Positions 61,515-64,000 of a stretch of DNA of 64,000 bases are shown in pieces. This DNA comes from Vicinamibacteria bacterium (GTDB lineage Bacteria > Acidobacteriota > Vicinamibacteria > Marinacidobacterales > Marinacidobacteraceae), in NCBI GenBank assembly GCA_965199715.1, contig OZ241322.1, forward strand, positions 1,216,001 through 1,280,000. Reading direction: 5' to 3'. How positions within the stretch are numbered: the stretch's first letter is position 1; every line of letters starts with the position of its first letter. Position numbers and translations under genes: made by a program. A model generated the notes under the pieces. The model saw nothing but the letters and a program-made list of their open reading frames with translations, made no database searches and was not told where the DNA came from.

Positions 61515-62671
61515 ATGAGGGGGCGGCTGAACCGCGTCTTCCTCGGGGTCGGGCACTTCCTCGACCACTTCTTCATGCTGGTGTTCGCGACGGTCGCGGC
61601 GCTCCGGCTGACCGAGGAATGGGGGATGAGCTACGGGGCGCTGATTCCCTGCGCGACGCCGGGTTTCGTCGCCTTCGGCCTCGGAGCCGCGCCCGCCGGG
61701 TGGCTCGCCGACCGGTGGAGCCGGAAGAGGATGATGACGATCTTCTTCGTCGGCGTCGGCCTCGCCTCGATGCTCACGGCCGCCGCGACCACGCCCGCCG
61801 GGATCGCGCTCGGGCTGCTCGGCGTGGGGGCGTTCGCCGCGATCTACCACCCGGTGGGGCTCGCGATGGTGGTCGAGGGCCGGCGGCGCACCGGCGTTCC
61901 GCTCGCGGTGAACGCGGTGTTCGGGAACCTCGGGGTCGCCGCGGCGGCGCTCGTCACCGGATCCTCATCGACGCTTCGGGCTGGCGAAGCGCGTTCGTGA
62001 TCCCGGGCGCGGTCTCGGTCGCGATCGGGGCCACGTTCTCCGCAGCCTACCGGGAAGAGCGGGCCGACGCGCGACGGGAGGTCCGGACGGCGCCCCTCGA
62101 TCGGCGGACGCTCCTCCGGGTGGCGGCGATCGTCGCCGTGACCACCGGGATCGGCGGCCTCGTCTTCCAGAGCGCCACCTTCGCGCTGCCCCGGGTGCTC
62201 GACGAGCGGCTCGCGGGGTCGGCTACCGCGATCGGCGGATACGCCTCGCTCATCTTCGCCGCGGGCGTGGTCGCGCAGCTCGTCGTGGGCGTGCTCGTGG
62301 ACCGGCTCCCGGTGCGCACCGTGTTCGCGTGGGTGGCGGGTCTCCAGGCGGTCCTGTTCGCGGCTATGATGGGCCTCGCCGGGCCGCTCGCGCTTCTGGT
62401 CGCCGCGGGTTTCATGGGCGCGGTCTTCGGACAGGCGCCGCTCAACGACGTGCTCGTGGGCCGCATCGCCCGGGGCGAATGGCGCAGCCGCGTGTACGCG
62501 CTGCGCTACATGATCACGTTCTCGGTGATGGCGACGACGCTTCCGATCATCGCCGGAGTCCACGCCGGACGCGGGTTCGGGGCGCTCTTCGGGCTGCTCG
62601 CCGTCGCGGCGACGCTCATTCTCGCCGCCGCGCTGCTGCTTCCGCGCGCGGAAATCAGCGCTGGATGTTGA
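61515..62671 (+). pseudogene. MFS transporter with a single frameshift near 61960 (or an assembly error)
   Basis: GWLADRWSRK and AIYHPVG in one frame; continues LIDASGWRSAF in another frame; one added base restores LVTGxLIDASGW. Confidence 0.75.
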
Positions 62672-63569
62672 CGGTGACGCTCGCCGGACCGTCGTCCCGC
62701 AGGCCGTAGTACTCGAGCCGGAAGACGTCGCTCGGGTAGGCCGGGCCCCGGGGCGAGCCCTCGTGGATCTGGCGCATGATGCCGATGTTCCCGAGCGAGA
62801 GGAGCTGGCCCGGTTCGAGGGTCTTGCCCGAGTCCCGCAACTGGTCGCGCAGCCAGCGCACCGCTTGGATCGGGTCGTACCAGTCCGCCATGCTGCCCGA
62901 CTGGACAACCTCGCCCCGCCCGTCGAGCGCCGCGTACTCGAACGAGCGCAGGCGGGCGAGCCACTCCTCGGTCGGCTGGATCGGGACCGGATCGCCGGCG
63001 AAGGCCCAGCGCGAGATCATGTTGGAGACGACCATCCGGTTCACCGAGGCCGTTTCCGGGTCGTAGAAGGGATCCGGGATTTCGATGAACGGGACGACCG
63101 CGTCGAGGCCGGCGAGGATTTCGAGATCGGTGGACGCCTCGTTGATGGACGGGTCGCCGACCCGGAAAGCGAAGTCCGCCTCGAGGAAGCCGGCCGCCGT
63201 CTCGTCCACCCGGATCGACGCTCCGTCGGGACGGAACATGCCGGCCAGCAGATGTGCGCGGATGCCGCCCGGGGGGAAGCTCGGGTTGGGCGGGTTCGGG
63301 TCGTGGCCGCCGGTCTTGTAGCCGACCACTTCGCCCATCGTCGGCTCGAGGATCGCCGCCAGCTCGTCCTGCCAGCGATAGGCCTCGTCCAGCGGCATCT
63401 CGTGGACGAACCCGGTGAGCATCCGGAGGTTCGTGAAGTCGTCCGCCATCTGGACCACGTCGCCCCGGGTCGCGTCCTCTGGGGGCGCGTCTTCCGGGAC
63501 GGAGTCGGGCTCCGGAGCGCCGCCGCAGGCGACGAGGAGCGCGAGGGCGAGAATCAGCGGTCGGGCCAT
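62655..63569 (-). CDS. 2-keto-4-pentenoate hydratase-like (FAH superfamily) lipoprotein
   Basis: LVAC lipobox; VGYKTG, LEADFAF, PFIEIPD, VRWLRDQL..LEPGQLLSLG. Confidence 0.75.
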   Translation of the reverse strand: MARPLILALALLVACGGAPEPDSVPEDAPPEDATRGDVVQMADDFTNLRMLTGFVHEMPLDEAYRWQDELAAILEPTMGEVVGYKTGGHDPNPPNPSFPPGGIRAHLLAGMFRPDGASIRVDETAAGFLEADFAFRVGDPSINEASTDLEILAGLDAVVPFIEIPDPFYDPETASVNRMVVSNMISRWAFAGDPVPIQPTEEWLARLRSFEYAALDGRGEVVQSGSMADWYDPIQAVRWLRDQLRDSGKTLEPGQLLSLGNIGIMRQIHEGSPRGPAYPSDVFRLEYYGLRDDGPASVTVNIQR

Positions 63570-63604
63570 GGGATCGAGTATGCCACGGCCCCAAACGCGC
63601 GAAA

Positions 63605-63631
63605 GCCGGCGGCGCGCCAAGCGCCGCCGGC
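63605..63631 (-). terminator. Rho-independent terminator candidate
   Basis: 11-bp stem gccggcggcgc/gcgccgccggc followed by TTT on the minus strand. Confidence 0.65.
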
Positions 63632-63654
63632 CCTCGCCGGAAAACGGGGAAGCT

Positions 63655-64000
63655 CTAGAAGAGCAGCTTCACCGAGAACCGCACCACCCTCGGCGTGAGG
63701 CGGCGGGTGGCCTGCAGGAACCGCGAACCGAGCGTGGAGTTGACTCCCCGCGCCGGCTGGTGGTTCAGCAGGTTGGCGCCGTCCACCTTGACCTGAAGCT
63801 GGCTGTCGCCGAGCGCGAAGGACTTGGCGAGGCTGAGGTCGAACAGCCGGCTGACCGACTCGGTCCGGTTGGTCCCGCGCTCCTCGGCCCAGACGGACTG
63901 GGTTCCCTGCGTCAGCCCGGTGAACCGGACCGTCGGGACGATCGGATCGCCGGCGCGCGCCCGGTAGTTCCAGGCCAGGAGGACGTCGTAGTCGAACAGG
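63655..64000 (-). CDS. C-terminus of a TonB-dependent receptor (runs off the window edge; absent from the ORF track)
   Basis: Manual translation: ...LFDLSLAKSF...DGANLLNH...TPRVVRFSVKLLF*. Confidence 0.8.
   Translation of the reverse strand, partial: LFDYDVLLAWNYRARAGDPIVPTVRFTGLTQGTQSVWAEERGTNRTESVSRLFDLSLAKSFALGDSQLQVKVDGANLLNHQPARGVNSTLGSRFLQATRRLTPRVVRFSVKLLF

Overview
High-GC bacterial chromosome segment. The 16S 5' end reads GATCCTGGCTCAGAATC, the Acidobacteria-specific 31F primer site, and the gene content (Oar-like TonB receptors, CRTAC1/ASPIC-UnbV plus TPR proteins, many exported hydrolases) fits Acidobacteriota. The window holds about 50 CDS: an SDR-TRAP operon, three serine hydrolases, amidohydrolases, an orphan DNA methyltransferase, an oxidoreductase-SelD fusion coupled to dapF, PQQ dehydrogenases, peptidases, a Tat-exported PLP/amidase cluster, purM-purN-tyrS and a complete minus-strand rrn operon (16S-tRNA-Ile-tRNA-Ala-23S-5S). 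Main observations: (1) a mosaic array of five Phd/YefM-like antitoxin domains of two types around one intact and one truncated PIN toxin (24.2-26.6 kb), plus a second TA locus with a duplicated antitoxin tail; (2) a translationally coupled PptH-like hydrolase and Sfp-type PPTase pair; (3) a five-gene cluster of normally cytoplasmic enzyme families carrying Tat signals; (4) a recurring leaderless-promoter signature, including two bidirectional -10 boxes; (5) several pseudogenes eroded by deletions. All protein calls come from motif recognition by eye. No database search was run and start codons are best estimates.
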